Shown here: one piece after another, positions 15,342 through 29,334 of the stretch | How the letters are laid out: each line of letters starts with the position of its first letter | Position numbering within the stretch: position 1 is the stretch's first letter | Assembly: GCF_032062105.1 (NCBI RefSeq) | Contig: NW_026932584.1 | Span: 1-64,000, forward strand | Length of the DNA stretch: 64,000 bases | Origin: Saccostrea cucullata | Taxonomy: Eukaryota | Reading direction: 5' to 3' | The notes under the pieces: generated by a model | The model's input: the letters and a program-made list of their open reading frames with translations, nothing else | Database searches by the model: none | What the model was told of the DNA's origin: nothing | Translations under genes and position numbers: made by a program

Positions 15342-15477
15342 TTGCCTAAGCATGCGTTTCCTTCAAAAACATAGTGACTATTAGAGATGCATCTACACGA
15401 TGCATCTGCTTGCCTAAGCACGAGTTTCCTTCAAAAACATAGTGACTATTAGAGATGCATCTACACGATGCAACTGC
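15342..15477. repeat. 68-bp tandem duplication
   Basis: TTGCCTAAGCA...GATGCA.CTGC at 15342 and 15410 with few mismatches. Confidence 0.92.
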
Positions 15478-15796
15478 TCTACATACAGTTATAAAAATAG
15501 TGTTGGATTAATATGCATTAAAAAGCTAGAGGTACTGTGAACACTTAAATCACTAAATGATACCTCTGCCTCCAATACGACCAAAAATAAGTGTCAGATC
15601 AAAAAGGAAAATAGGAGGTGCACCATGGCATTTTGTTATAAAGAATCTTTGAAAATATCATTTAATTTTATTCAGGGTATAGGAGAAGTTATGGTTAAGA
15701 GATTGGTACCCTTCAGTATTATAGAAATAATGGCAGTGTCCTTTTTTTCGCTATGGGAAACTCAAAATATGTTTCCGATCATAAAATAGAATAGTA

Positions 15797-16858
15797 CGAG
15801 GGGTTATCAAAAAGTTCGTGGACTGAGGCTATAAAAATAGTATTATGTAGTCTGAACTTACAAAATTTTTAAGGAATATATGAAACAACAAAAAATAAAG
15901 AAATGTTTTAGCTTGATTCGTTCATTATTTCCCAAGTTATTATAAAATAAAAACGACATTATAGCATCACCCGGCGCCGTCGCCGTTTAGTTTTATGACG
16001 TCCGACAAATTCATTGTTTTTCAATGTCGGGTCCTTCTACCACATACACTTATTGTGGTGAGATTCTCTTGAGCTGAGTTAGGACTTCAATCCGTCTTGA
16101 TTATATGACTTTACAATGTCATGAACAGCAATTTTCAATGCATATAATATTGCAAATGGATTCATACAATGGGAGAAACTCGCTTGATCGTGTCGGCATA
16201 TTTTGCTTTTTAGACTTCAGTAACTACAACACATGATTAACGTCATTTTTTGACATGGTTGATTTTTCAAACCTTGACTACAAATCAACATTAACTGTGC
16301 TTTCCTTTTCTCTCTGAATCTATTTTGGCATTAAAAAACAAGTACTCTTGATGAATATTATTTCTCTGTAGCCAGGTTTAAACATTTCTTAGGTCTATAC
16401 CATTTTTTTTCAGGGGCAAAACTTTATAGAATGTTGGAAAAGGAAATCCCTCCCTCTTTTTGACGTCATTTTCAAGGCAATATTTGTTTGGATACCCAAT
16501 GTAAAATTTACGATAAAATTTTATGGAACTTCCAGAATGAGATAAAAATTCGATTGGAACAGTAAAGTCCCAACACATAACTGAAATAACGTGATATTTG
16601 GATTTTAAATGTTTATATCAAAATAGTTTTTCTCAGTTACACTTAGGTCGAAAAAACGTCGTTTTCGAGGTTGCGCCGCCTGGACATACCATTGCTTACA
16701 AAATCATCACTAATTTTTTAAAACATAAAATCTATGATTTGTGGTTTATTCTATAAATAGAAAAGTTGATGCTAACTTGATATTTTAAAATTCATTCATA
16801 TACCTAATGCGGTTTTAATTTCATGGCGCTAGTCCACGAACTTTTTGATACCCCCTCG
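15797..16858. mobile_element. mariner-like non-autonomous DNA transposon (1062 bp)
   Basis: 28-bp TIR CGAGGGGTTATCAAAAAGTTCGTGGACT with 1 mismatch, TA TSD, no transposase ORF. Confidence 0.92.
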
Positions 16859-16893
16859 TAGATAGACTATGTAACATTTCTTGTGAAACTCGT

Positions 16894-16995
16894 ATTAAAT
16901 TGCACTTAATTGATTTACTAATTTACTCTAATTAAATTGCATTTAATTGATTAATTTAATTTACTCTAATTAAATTGCATTTAATTGATTAATTT
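16894..16995. repeat. ~38-bp AT-rich tandem repeat (~2.7 copies)
   Basis: ATTAAATTGCA(C/T)TTAATTGATT...TTTACTCTA repeated. Confidence 0.8.
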
Positions 16996-18429
16996 TATTT
17001 AATTTAATCCATTCATTAAATTTTCCTTTCATTCTATGGTATAATATAAGTTGCGGATAAGAGATAGGTAACCCCAGAAACGTAACAGACAGACGAACGT
17101 ACAGCTTGACGGACGCAGGATGGACATCCCGATAGCTATATATCTTCCCGCCTTTAAGAGGGGGTATAATTACAGAGATTTCTGATGGTCGCAAAAATTG
17201 TTATATAATCAGATAGAAGTTAAACAACGGTCAATATATACATGTATATACACCAAGTAATATGGAGGAGATTGTTGAAGTATCAATTGTGATCCATTTT
17301 TTGCTAGTGTTTGCACGGTTTTGAAATTAAATTCACAATTAACATTTAATGATTCTTGACAAGTCACACTGTTAAAAGAACCAATAATTAATTGTTATAT
17401 ATAAGCTCATACGTCACATGATAATAAATGATTCGAATACAATTATATTTTATAATATTCATTTACATTTAAAAACTAAAGATAACTTGTATTTTGCGCT
17501 CTGTTTTATTTTTTTTTAATATCAAAAATGTTCATTTAAAAAAATCAATGAAATATATCGTTTTCTTTGCATTTATTTATTTTCTAAAAAAAAAAAATAA
17601 ATGCTGTGATGTTTTTTATTTCAAAGCACACAGCTGAAGTTCCTTATCTTGATTCTAAATCAACTCACAATACATTATTACAATATCTAATACTTGAAGC
17701 TTAGATATGAATTAGTATTTATAAGATCCAGAGAGATAAAATACTTAGAGAATGTTTTGTTTTCTTGTACTTCAATATGTTTCATAAGAAACCAGAGTTG
17801 TCTCTCTTCCACTGACATCTAAATTATTCGCAACACGTTTTACAAAGCAGATTACAGTTACTTTACTCCAAAATTTTTTTAAAAAAGCACGATAAAATAC
17901 TAGTAATAGTAAGAAGAAAAAAAACCCCTAATTTTTAACAATTAGGCCTAAACAATGAAATCTATTTCATATTCTAATACTATTTCTGCATTGTAAACAG
18001 GTTTGTAACAAATTGTTTTTCACTGCTTTAGTGTTTTTTCAATAAAAATAAACTAGTAAGAAATTAAATATATACATGCAGATGAAAAAAAAAATGCACA
18101 GAATACTGAAAAAGGGTGAAAACTAGATGCTACTTCTCACAGATGAAGAGAAATTATTCCCATTGCAATTCTTAGTTGAGGAAATATCAATTACAATGAA
18201 AATGACCAGATGTGTTTTTCTAACGTGATGAAATATTGCTTATCTTGCATGAAAAAATGAATACCTCACAACTGTGAATTAAAAAAACATGAGAAAACGT
18301 AACATTTTCATATCTCTGCATTTGTACAAAATATGTTCAACATAAATAACATCTAATTCAATTTAAAACAATTGTATTGAAGATGATCATGCATGCAATC
18401 ATTGAACGCAGTTCCGCAATGTTTGATGT

Positions 18430-19275
18430 TCACATCTAACAATGTGGTAGACAGTTTTCAAGATCTAATAATGCTCTAGGACTGTGTGCATATGACAATA
18501 CAATGGTGTAAATAGGACATATATGTATGATCTTACATTGTTAGACAGAACGCATGGTTTTACATTGCTCAAGAATGTATGCAAGATCTTACATTGTAAG
18601 ACAATACGCAACGTTTTACATTGTTAGACAGTAAGCATGGTTTTACATTGCTCAAGAATGTAAGATCTTACATTGTTAGACAGAACGATGGTTTTACATT
18701 GCCTAAGAATTTATGTAAGATCTTGTGCCATTAGAGTTTAACATGCTATTGCTATGCTCTAAATTGTTTTATCCTACATTGTTTGATTATAAGCATGATT
18801 TGTTTACGTTCTAGATTGACTGTGTGTTCCTAAATAGTTTGCCTAAAAACACAATTTTGCAAATAAATACTCTATATTATTATAAATTAATACACTCTTA
18901 GCAAGGTCTTTTAATGATCTAGATTGTATGTATGTTCTTAAATATTCTAAAGTGTATGCAAGACCTAGCATTGCTCGACTGTTAACATATTGCTACATTA
19001 TAATATGATCTTGTATTCTAAAATAGTAAATATTAATCGTGATGTAACAACATTGAAGATTGTATAATTCCATATTGTTAGACTACGAGCATTGTTTTTT
19101 TTATTGCACTAGATTGTATGTAGGATTTTAACATTGATTGTCAATCGGTGATCATGAAGTTGCAATGCTCTATCTTTTTTATATTGTATGATCTTACATT
19201 CTTCAGCAATAGGCAGGGTTTTAAATTAATCAAGAATGTATGTTTGATCTTATATTGTCAGATAATAAGTATGAT
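18430..19275. repeat. Degenerate ~30-bp minisatellite with dimeric higher-order structure
   Basis: Alternating ATCTTACATTGTTAGACAG.. and GTTTTACATTGCTCAAGAATG.. units, best preserved at ~18530-18720. Confidence 0.75.
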
Positions 19276-19280
19276 TCTAT

Positions 19281-19627
19281 TAAGGAATGAAGCTTATTTC
19301 AACTTATGTTATCCGATATAACATAACTTGGGGCAGTTTACGCTTCGCGGTTTACGGTTTATAAATAAGCGTAAACTGCCCCAAGTTTTGTTATATCGGA
19401 TAACATGAGTTGAAATAAGCTTCATTTCTTATAATTTAATTTCAATGTAGACAATGAGACAATATTTCCTCCAGAAAAAGGCTTCAAAGTGAGTATTATT
19501 TTAAAAGTAACGTCAAGCGGAGTGATACGTTTTTGACGTAACTCATTGTGACGTAGGCAAGTTATTTATACGAAATGGAAAAAACGTTTAACCAATCAAA
19601 TGACGCGTTACAACTGAAATTAAATCA
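19281..19627. mobile_element. Long-hairpin element (possibly non-autonomous Crypton-like)
   Basis: 65-bp arms with 3 mismatches at 19281-19431 (TAAGGAAT...ATTTCTTA), followed by a ~195-bp body with TGACGT and CCAATCA motifs bounded by TAATTTAATT/AATTAAAT. It interrupts a minisatellite. Confidence 0.7.
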
Positions 19628-20239
19628 TTAATGATTAAGACTGTATTTATAATATTACTTTATTCAATCACCATAGGTATTTTTTTTAAATTTATCAAGA
19701 CGTTTAGCATTTCCAGAGTTATATGATAATGATATTTTAGAATAGAATATAAACATGATTTCTACTATATTAAAACATATATTGTATCGATTAAGAATTA
19801 TGTCTGTTAAATATGAACTTGGATATCTTATTTTTCTCCCTTTACAGGTAGTTCTGTGGTCAAAAATGCAGGATTTGTCATCTGCAGGTCATTAAGTTCA
19901 ACCACGGTTGGTATTTTATTTTTTCTTAATAAAATTACACCAAATTCTATTTTTTTAATAATCATGTATACTTCTATTCTATGTCTTTACAACAAAGTAC
20001 TGTATTTAAGGTATGTTAATCTAGTTTTATTTTTACCTTATTACACACGTAAATGATTAAAGTTTGCATGCCTACCCTGGCAATATTAATTCACTGTTTT
20101 TCGTCTATTTTTGAGATCGCCGTGCGTAAGCATACAATGTATGAAGGTTTTTACTACTTGTCTGGAACCAGCGAACTTATTTCAAGCATTTTTTTTCAAT
20201 CTATGGGCAAAGGGGTACAAAAATGTGCATTTTGATGGT

Positions 20240-21010
20240 CTTTACTCCCCTTAGGACCCGTTCAAAACCACCAAAATTAAAGCAATACTCACAAATCGTA
20301 TTCGTCATTTCTTGAAAAACAACATCAGCATTGTTGGCATGTTTGTAACAGATGATGATTCTTCTAGATCGATCAAAATTTGAAACTCATCGTTCCAGAG
20401 TCAAGTTTCTGGAGTATGGATATGGCTCTATCGATCATATATGCATACAGTGAAAATACACGTTTCTTTTTATTTAAAAAAATTTTTTTTCTCTATATGT
20501 TTAGCAAACAAGGAAAATAAGTGCTTATGATGAGCAATCGTGTCCCTTCCAAACTTTCGAAATTCATTACCCTAAATCAGAGGTTCTGGTGTTAGATCGA
20601 CGCACTGTTGATAATACTGTTCTAAATTTTGTATTTATTCCCACCCGCTGAATTCAAAATTTAGAACATGATAATACTGTATAAAAGCATTAATTTTGAA
20701 ATTCTTCGCTACTCCTGGGTATTGAATATACAATTTCAGGGTCCAAGTTATGATGAGCAAGCTTGCCTTTTGGAAAAAAAATGTGAAATTCATTGCAACG
20801 GGTTAAGGAGCGTGGTTGAAGGGTACCGTTTTTTGGATACAGTTCTGTAATGAAAATGCAAAAAAATCTTTAAAAATCTCAGCTGAGAGCAAACAGAGCT
20901 CATTTGTATGAGCAATGGTGTTTTCAGTATATTTTTGAATTTACTTATCACCGGACAGGGTACTTTTTGTCATGCAAGGAAATTTGTTCTCTACTTTTGG
21001 AGCTTTTGAG
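20240..21010 (-). repeat. Degenerate HINE/satellite-core array
   Basis: Recurrent TTATGATGAGCAA and TGAAATTCAT motifs, the reverse complement of the core at ~48290-48330. Confidence 0.55.
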
Positions 21011-21530
21011 CAGCTTTTTATATCCGACTATGCTTACTAATCACTGCGTCACTGTAGGAATCGTCACGACAAAGAACCCTAAAGCTTAGTTCTGATTGGC
21101 GAGTAAAAACTCTTTATCGTTTTATGTATAAAAATTCTGAAGGTTAAATGTTATTCCAAGACCTATCTTAGAAGGATAATGTGGTATGTTTACTTTTTTG
21201 TATGCTATTATATTTACTAAAGCAATGTACTGTGTTTGGAACAAAATAAGAAGATACACTGACAAACACAAATTAAGATAGATACTTTATGAAGGGTCGA
21301 GTACCGAAATACTGTTCACATTGTTGTTTTTCGATCGTCCAAATTGTCTTTTTTTGACATTTTTTTACGACTATGATATCTTTTGTTATACATCACAAGT
21401 TGCCATTATAGGGATCTTTGTATAGAGTTGAATTAAACACAGTTGAACTTTGAAGCTCTTGAGTCTTTTGTTTTTTTAAAGTATATTTGATCTACAACCT
21501 TTAAGACAAACATGCACAATAATTGCGATG

Positions 21531-21685
21531 CAATAGTGGAATTTTATGAAGAGACTTACTTTTACATTCGACAGCTGACTTTTACCTTTTAGTAAATGGA
21601 GTAAGTCTCTGATTCAATTGTAGAAGTCAGTCGTCGATTGTAAAAGTAAGTCTCTTCATAAAACTCCAATACTAGTATTCTTTAT
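21531..21685. repeat. Long imperfect hairpin
   Basis: Arms TTTTATGAAGAGACTTACTTTTACA.TCGAC and their reverse complement, ending ATTCTTTAT. Confidence 0.8.
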
Positions 21686-24168
21686 GAACATTTGACATTC
21701 TACAATACAAAGTAAACAGATGACCTGATCTTAGGTTACGTCTTTCTTAACACTGTTCCTTAAATCATTCAATTTGATAGAATTAATGCATTTTTCTCTC
21801 AAACCAACACAGGGGGTGACCATTTTCTAGTTCAATTCATTGACTGAAATGAGGGGACGCTATGCCTTATTTCTAGCTGATTACCGATGCTAACCTGCGA
21901 CAATGACAATTAGGGATGTACAAATTACGATGTTTTGGCGAGGAACATCACAAAGCGGAGATTTTGCTTTATCTCTTGGTCGTGAATAATCAATATGTAT
22001 ACTTTACAGAACTGCTTAATCAGATAACAAAACGAAATAACCAAAATGTCAATGACCTTGTGTTGGAGTCATAATTTTATATGGACGTTTTTTTTACATA
22101 CTCATAGTTATTACAATCGGTCCATGAAAGGGTCGAGTATTTGCAAATAATTCAATACGTTTTAAGACTGGGTGACCCGACAATGCAGAGAGAAAAAAGG
22201 GATTAAAAAAAAACCCTTACATTAAATAAAATTTAAAAAGGTTCTTCCATACGATACTGTTAAATTTATGATAAAAGTCACCCAATTGGAAGGTATCGTT
22301 CTTCAAATATCTTTAACAGTTTTCATCAATAACTGGTACTTACAATTTCTGATTCCAGTCTTTGAAAATCTGAATAATTATCATCGATTCAAAGTAGATG
22401 TATTGCAAATTGGCATTATGTTAATTGTGATAATAACATCAGAATACTTGTCCTACATGTATAATCTGGTTTGTAAAGTCTTCCATGCATTACGTAATTT
22501 ATTGGCTAAACATGTCGGCGAGTATTGAATCCTTTTCCAAATACCGCGCTTTACTTAGGAAAAATCGAACCAAGTATCAAAGTTGTAGTTTTAAATACTA
22601 TCATGTTTCTTCAGAAGCTGCAGTTGCCTTAAAAAGATTTTGTACCTAGCTTCGATTTCATCTACCTCCTCGAAACGCGATTTAATGTTCTACCCTTTCA
22701 CTTTCACTATTGAAAGAATGAATCAGTTTGGATACGTATTTGACACATAGTCCAAGATCAAAGTATTGACTAATTTTGAAAAGTGATGCTGACCAAAATT
22801 AAGCTTTAGTCTAAATGAGTATTATATTTAATTATTTTCAATGAACAACTGGTATGCATGATTAAGAAAACACTTTTTTTCTTGCTGAGGAAAATAGAAA
22901 ATAAAAATTAGAAAAAAAGACTATTAAACTTTTAAAAATAACAATTTAGAGCTGGACGAATATTAAATATAATAGTAAATTAAAAAACGAGTTTCTGTGG
23001 TCAAAATTAAAGTTTGGGGCGGTTGAATATCAAATCTACAATTAATAAAAACATCGGTTTTCAACTTAATTAGAAATTAAGTTTGTCTTTTAATAAATTC
23101 ACGGAACATAGTAAGGATTTTAACAATACAAAATTGTTCTTGTATGTATCATTCAATGGAATTTTGCAATTATTTTGTGCTAATTTGAAGCAAAATGAGT
23201 TTTTCAATACTCTCGCAATTGACATGGTTGAGATAAATTATTTCTGTCACACGATCTTTTACGAGATAAAAGAGATATGTACATTATTATCAATATAGAG
23301 GAAAGAACAGAGACCGATCAACCCTGTTTCATGCTAAGATGAATTTTGAAATAGAATAGCAATTTTCTCCAGGAATTTCTCGCCATCAAGTTCATTCAAC
23401 AATAATGGTTTACGGAATATAGTTATTTTGTGGAAAACGTCGGAAGTAATTTACATTTTTAATATCTTGCTCTTCAACACGACTAAATTGAGTGTATAGT
23501 TAATGGTCATTTGGTTTCAACGTAAATTATGAAGTATAATAATTCTTGGGTAAATTAAAAATAAAATTAAGCACTTTAATTTTAAAGTGCATTTACTGAT
23601 ATGGAAAAGCATTTAGATGAAGCGTTGCAATTGCAAAGGTTCTTTTCACACATTCAATATTTTCCGATTTTGCTAATCAGCTTCAGGTTACTGTTGGAAT
23701 ATTTTGTCAACAATATTGCAGAGAAAGTTGAATGACTTTTCTTTAAAAAACTTTTTTTCCTATGTTTATAGGAAAAAAGGTTCATTTACTACAAATTTAA
23801 ACTTGAGTGTAACTTAAAATACAAACACATATTATGAGTGCAAGTCATAATTATAAAAGGTCTCCCAAATTTAATACACATTCAACATAAATCTTTGAAA
23901 TGTACAACTACGCGAATTAAATACAATTAGAAACCGACGAAAAATCGACATTTTTAAAAAGTCTGGATACTCTATTTTAGAACAATTCACCAGAGTAAAT
24001 TCTTAAATGGTTTAAGAAGTGGTTTTTGAAACGGTTTATGCATTCGATACCATGCATTGAAATTTTAGAAAGTAATTCTACCAAAGTTTGTAAAAAAGAA
24101 AGATTGTAAAATTATATACAATCTTCAATGAAAAAATCCTTCATGTCATCTTTAAAATCAAAGCATAC

Positions 24169-24342
24169 CTGTCTCTTGTTAATGCTTCTTAGCTGTATTC
24201 ACTTCAAATGGCCCTTCCTTTTCATTCAGATTATCTTTTGCTCCTTAGCAATCCACTAGACCTATGATTGCTCCCGAGTATTCGATTAGATCAAAAGCTT
24301 ATTAAGAATCTTCTAACCTCATCTATTCTCACTTGTGGTTTC
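24169..24342 (-). other. Putative non-coding (5'UTR) exon, possibly of KCNQ
   Basis: Acceptor catctttttttcag|G and donor CAG|GTATGC enclose 174 bp of non-repetitive sequence with stops in all three frames. Same strand as, and upstream of, the KCNQ exon, which needs an upstream UTR exon. Confidence 0.4.
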
Positions 24343-25980
24343 CTGAAAAAAAGATGTAAACAATTCAACACTATCACTTTTGTTCTACCAAAGCAATCAT
24401 GGTAGCCTTGCGTGATTGGAAATCGTAAAAGAATATGAAAACTAAGAGGTTGTAATTGGCAAAAGCCAACCTCCCTTATTTACTGCTTGTATTGTTTTGT
24501 AATTGAATTTCCCTCAACAAATCAGCCAGTGGCCTATTCTTGCCCTGACATTTTCTTCAAATATCTTACTGCTTGACATAATGATAAGAAGCTATTGAGA
24601 GGCAACTGGTCATTAGCCGAAAGGTCTGAGCTCATTTGCTTCTCTAGCATACAACTTTTAATATATAAATTAATTTGCGAGATTTTCTTCTGATAATCCC
24701 ATCCTCTACAAGATACTTTAATATCGAAGATCCTTCTTGATTTTATTTCATCGCAAACTATAATCCCTTAATTCATTATGCACATTTTGAATTAATTAAA
24801 CTAGTCATAAATTGTCTAATATCTTTAAACATCGATAAATTAATTGAGAAAGCATTACATATTACAGAAGTACAGAAGAATTATTTTTTTAAACGAAACA
24901 GCAACAAAACATGCTTATTATAATTAATATTTTAAGAAATTACATGGAAGTATAAGATACGATTTTGCAATACAAAAAGAATAGTATATAGCTTATAGAA
25001 GTAAAAGAAAAATATGAAGGTTTAATTTGCTTATTGCATTAAACATTTTATTTTACTATCTTTATCTATTATGCATTATCTTAACATGTATTGTTTTATG
25101 CTTACCTATCAGAGTATCGAAGAAAAAAAGGTGTTATCGATTTTCTTGGAACAATTTCTTCAAAAGTCCTCTGTAAATTTAACAATCGTGATTGAATTAA
25201 GTTGTAACAGCATGTTATCCCATTATCATTAAATTTCCACAATCCATATTGTAAAAGCAAAGGAATAAAACAAACACAAAGAGACACAAAGAGATCTGTC
25301 ATCACTGAGAGCATATCTTACATGGAATTAGATACATACCTAATATTTTCATCCATACAAAATTACGTACAAATATCGAACTACCATATGCAGCTATCTC
25401 CTGTAGCTTGATTGATCTTCCTTCTTCGACATCTCACGAGCGTTTGATTTCATTCCTGATATAGGTAAACAGGTTTTCATTGCATCCTAACAACGTCCGC
25501 AATATGCTTGATTTTCAGAATATCAAGCTTTTTCATTGATGCGTCAAGGTATAGGTTCATAGACCATTAGTAAAATGAAGTATGAAATATTGTCAATGCG
25601 GCTATTCTTCATGATAATTATACGTACAATCGTATTGATGATTCCCTAGGCATTGTAGTTTGGATATGTTCCCAGCGTAGCTTTGTTTCTTTATAACAAG
25701 TAATTTCATGGAATGTGTTCTGTTAATGTGGGAAAATCAACCAAAGAAGAACACAAAAAAGAGATAATTGCAAATATTATAAATATCTAGAATGATTGAA
25801 AACAGAATTACCATGACAACTTTATAATTTTGATCAACAAATTTTAAATAAACAAAGAATCATAACAAGAAATATTTCCATTTCTTAATTTTTTCTCTAT
25901 GATAACCCTTTGAAAGTAAGCGGAGTTGATTTCCTGATAATTCTGCCGGAATGTAAATTAGGCAGGTCGATAGGTCAGCA

Positions 25981-26092
25981 GCTAAGGAGGCCTAATACGC
26001 ATGCAAATCTCATGCGCATCTGTCTCTGTGTCTGACGCTAAGGAGGCCAAATATGCATGTAAATCTCGTGCGGCTGCCTTTGTGTTTGACGT
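25981..26092. repeat. ~56-bp tandem duplication
   Basis: GCTAAGGAGGCC..AT..GCATG.AAATCTC..GCG...TGTGT.TGACG occurs twice. Confidence 0.8.
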
Positions 26093-26211
26093 CAGTGTGC
26101 GAGGACTATTGAAATTGGCAAGGAAGTCCTCGTGTAATTTAAATCGATTAGTCTACATTCTTAATGTCTAAGTCTACAATTTTATTCACAATGAAATGGA
26201 AATATAAACAT

Positions 26212-26368
26212 ATCACTGCAAGTTTTGAGAGTATGCCAGGGATATCAACAATATAAAACATTACATAATTTTAGCATAACGGGCTTCGCCCGTTATGCAA
26301 ATTATCCCATGTTTCCCACTATTGTTGATGCCCTGGCATACTCTCAAAACTAGACAGTGATTCCTTAA
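26212..26368. repeat. Long imperfect hairpin with perfect apical stem
   Basis: Arms AGTTTTGAGAGTATGCCAGGG / CCCTGGCATACTCTCAAAACT, apex GCATAACGGGC-TTC-GCCCGTTATGC (26274-26298), end ATTCCTTAA. Confidence 0.85.
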
Positions 26369-26649
26369 TACTCATATATATGAATATATATAATGTATGA
26401 GTCTTCTTTATTAAATGAAGAAATCATGATTTCACCTTGCACTCCCATCAAGTTTAGAGGCAAAATTCACTCTTATTGTTCTTTGATTCTTTTTTCAATT
26501 TGAACTGAATAGGAACTGTTTTTTGATTGGTCATTAATTTTTTAACAAGTTTGATCTAAAATTTTCGCCATTTAACTTTGGGTATATAATTTTGGTGAGT
26601 CCCGTTTTATTTATTTTGAATGCATTATTTATGCGTGTGAGAATTTTTT

Positions 26650-26715
26650 TGACTGATTGATTGACCCATTGATTGATTGTATTCTGTTTGACGTTCCGTT
26701 CGAGAATTTTTCACT
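26650..26715 (-). mobile_element. SINE 3' end fragment
   Basis: (GATT)n plus tgtttgacgttccgttcgagaatttttcact, the reverse complement of the tail at ~40183-40230. Confidence 0.75.
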
Positions 26716-27724
26716 ACTAGTTCCATTTCTATTTTTAAAAATTGTCCATGGCGTCAAAAAAGCATACAAGTTTATTTTAATCTATCGTTAGAAACGATAC
26801 TTTTGATCTTGAATACAGTTCGTTATCTCCATATGTTTCATGGTATAAAGTGTAGAAGAATTGTAAGTTTTGGTACTATTGATTTTAGTCTTTTTTCTGA
26901 ATGTTCCCTGGAGCTTTTAAGTATCTAATGTAACCACTTCTCGAATAAATGGTAGTACAGTTTTCCATAAGTTTTTTTATCCACTGCTTATGATACTCTA
27001 GTGAGAAGTAAAGAAAGGTTTGATAGAACATTTAGTGGAACCCGCAACGAAATTTTGTAAGGATTTTTATAAGTTAAGGATTCCGGTATAGCTATCTAAT
27101 GGTGATTCAAATTCATTTTGATTGTTGCATTGGGAATTCGAAGATATTTAAAACTGGCATATGATTTCGGAGAATGTCCTCCTTAGTAAGGGGGAACGGG
27201 TATAAATTGAATTAAAGCTAGCAGAATTATATTCCAGTTCCTCTAAAATATGAGAAACATAATGAATTTTGAAGAAAAAAGACAATGGTACGTGATAAAT
27301 GCTTTATCACCTAGGAGCAGTACATATATACAGATCGTGTGATCTGTTTAATTATTTTACTGAACTCAGAATGGTATATGTTTTTCATTTTGCCCCTCAA
27401 TCGTTTAGTGAAAAACATTCATCCAATACTTTTAAATCATTCTGACAATGTGTCAAGGTCTTTTTTTTCATGTTTTGCAAATAACCCTTGTGAAATATCG
27501 TAATATTTATAATGATATGACGCCAGTTCAATGATCAGGGTTCCATTAATTTCGGCCCTGTAAATTGTATGTATTTTAAAGCGAAAACAAAAGAAATGTC
27601 ATCGAGTGAAAAAATCTCATTATATAGAGTAACATAAATATTCTAGACAATCTAACGTAAAGAATTGTGTCTTGGTACACGCTACTGAATTTGTACTGAA
27701 TTCAAGCATTCTAGAAGTTCATTT

Positions 27725-28012
27725 TGTTTAGTTAGTTCGTTAGTTAGTTAAACATCCCTTTCGATATTTTTTCATTCATATTTCGACGCCACCAATTGCC
27801 GATTGGGGAGGGGGCTGTAAACCCCTATACTCGACACTAAGAGATATTGGGGGAACTTTTTTGTAAGCACTTACTACGCTGTGGAACCTCGGTTTTATTC
27901 GGTCTCATTCAAAAGACCCATCTCCACACCCTGTTCTTGTATTCGAATCCAATTTCAAGTTCCTCCTTATTCCGTGTCCTTAGAGCAAACGCTATAACAA
28001 CTGCGCCACTCT
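27725..28012 (-). mobile_element. Degenerate tRNA-SINE
   Basis: Reverse complement has an A-box-like TGGCGCAGTTG, B-box-like ATTCGAATAC, the core (cctcggtttt..gtctcat on +) and a (GTTA)n tail. Confidence 0.7.
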
Positions 28013-29334
28013 GGTATCTAACACGTAAGATGTTAAAAGAAATGAAACAAAGTATATTAAAACTTCACGTTTAAGTTTCATTAACTAGTATTTCTTTTGC
28101 AATAAATATTAATTTGATGAAAGATATCACTTACAAAAAAACAGCTATAGGACACACTGATAGACAAACATAAGGGACATTAATTTATCACATTACATGT
28201 AGGTGAAATCCTCCTGATTTTTGCCCACTTCAACTATCTTTTTCTTGGTCTGAAGAATCTATAAATTCGATAACTTCAATGTAATAACCATATATGTGTC
28301 ATTTGTAATATACGAAAATACCGGTATACAAGACATTTGATAAAAATATGATTATAGTTTTGTAGTATTTTGCCGCTTGTATTGTTTGCTTTCACATGAA
28401 GCATTGTTACAGCGTCAGATATTCATGAGAAACACAATATTTATGTTCAGCCACATCTATCTGAAAGTGATTGAAACTCTAAAATATGGCAATTAACATA
28501 AAAAGCACCACACAAATAGTTTTATAAGCTTCAAAAAGGGGTAGAGATAGTTGTTTTATGTTAACAATAACTACCAAAATAAATGGCAGTTTTATTGCTA
28601 TGTTACGTTTGCTTCTTACTTTTAACCGGAAGGTCGTTAAAGATTTACTGTAAGTAGTAGTATTGTATTCGAGTAGTTTTCGCCACCAGAGTTTCAATAT
28701 ATACAAAATACTGGTACATTTTCGTCACTTATTGATATATTTTTTTTATTTACCATTTTACTTTAAAAAGCAAATTCTAAAGAAAAGTGTCATTTTCTTT
28801 AAGACTCTATTGAATATTTCCATTACAACCATGATCAAAACCATTATCTGGACCGAAAAAGATAAATATCTTTCAAGATATTACCTTCCAATACTGAGAT
28901 AATATTCCTTTCTATTGCGAGCCTGAATGTTAATAACAAGTTTATAGGTTTTTGTTCATGCTTAATATTGAATGAGTATGCGAATCTGTTGTTATTGTTA
29001 ATCAATTATCTATGACTATTTTACCTTGATGAACATCTCTAAACAATTCATTGACTTCCTTTTAAAATTTAAAGTACTCCTTGCATATTCCTGAAAGCTG
29101 ATTTTATCTTCGTGATTTCTCTTTAATCATGCTAACATATTATATTCTACTCTTTTTTAAATTTAAAACCCGTTTTTATTTTAACTTCAAGTATTTCATA
29201 TATTTAGTGGTTGAAGGAAAAACATCAAAGACAACGAAGATATAAGAAACAAACATTTTTATCCACTGCTTCCAAAAGTTAAAAAAAATCACATTAAATG
29301 GCACATTAATTTGTTTCCTAAGGATGGTATTATT

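Larger units (their letters stand above)
15524..17170 (+). mobile_element. HINE-like element hosting the mariner-like insertion
   Basis: 5' end ctagaggtactgtga..., ACAG/ACGG-type microsatellite at ~17085-17120, 3' hairpin-like end cccgcctttaagagggggtataat. Confidence 0.65.

Noticed and set aside
19848-19907. Plus-strand exon after a strong acceptor (ttctccctttacag)
   Set aside because: Weak donor, no partner exons and no coding signal; cannot be supported without RNA data.
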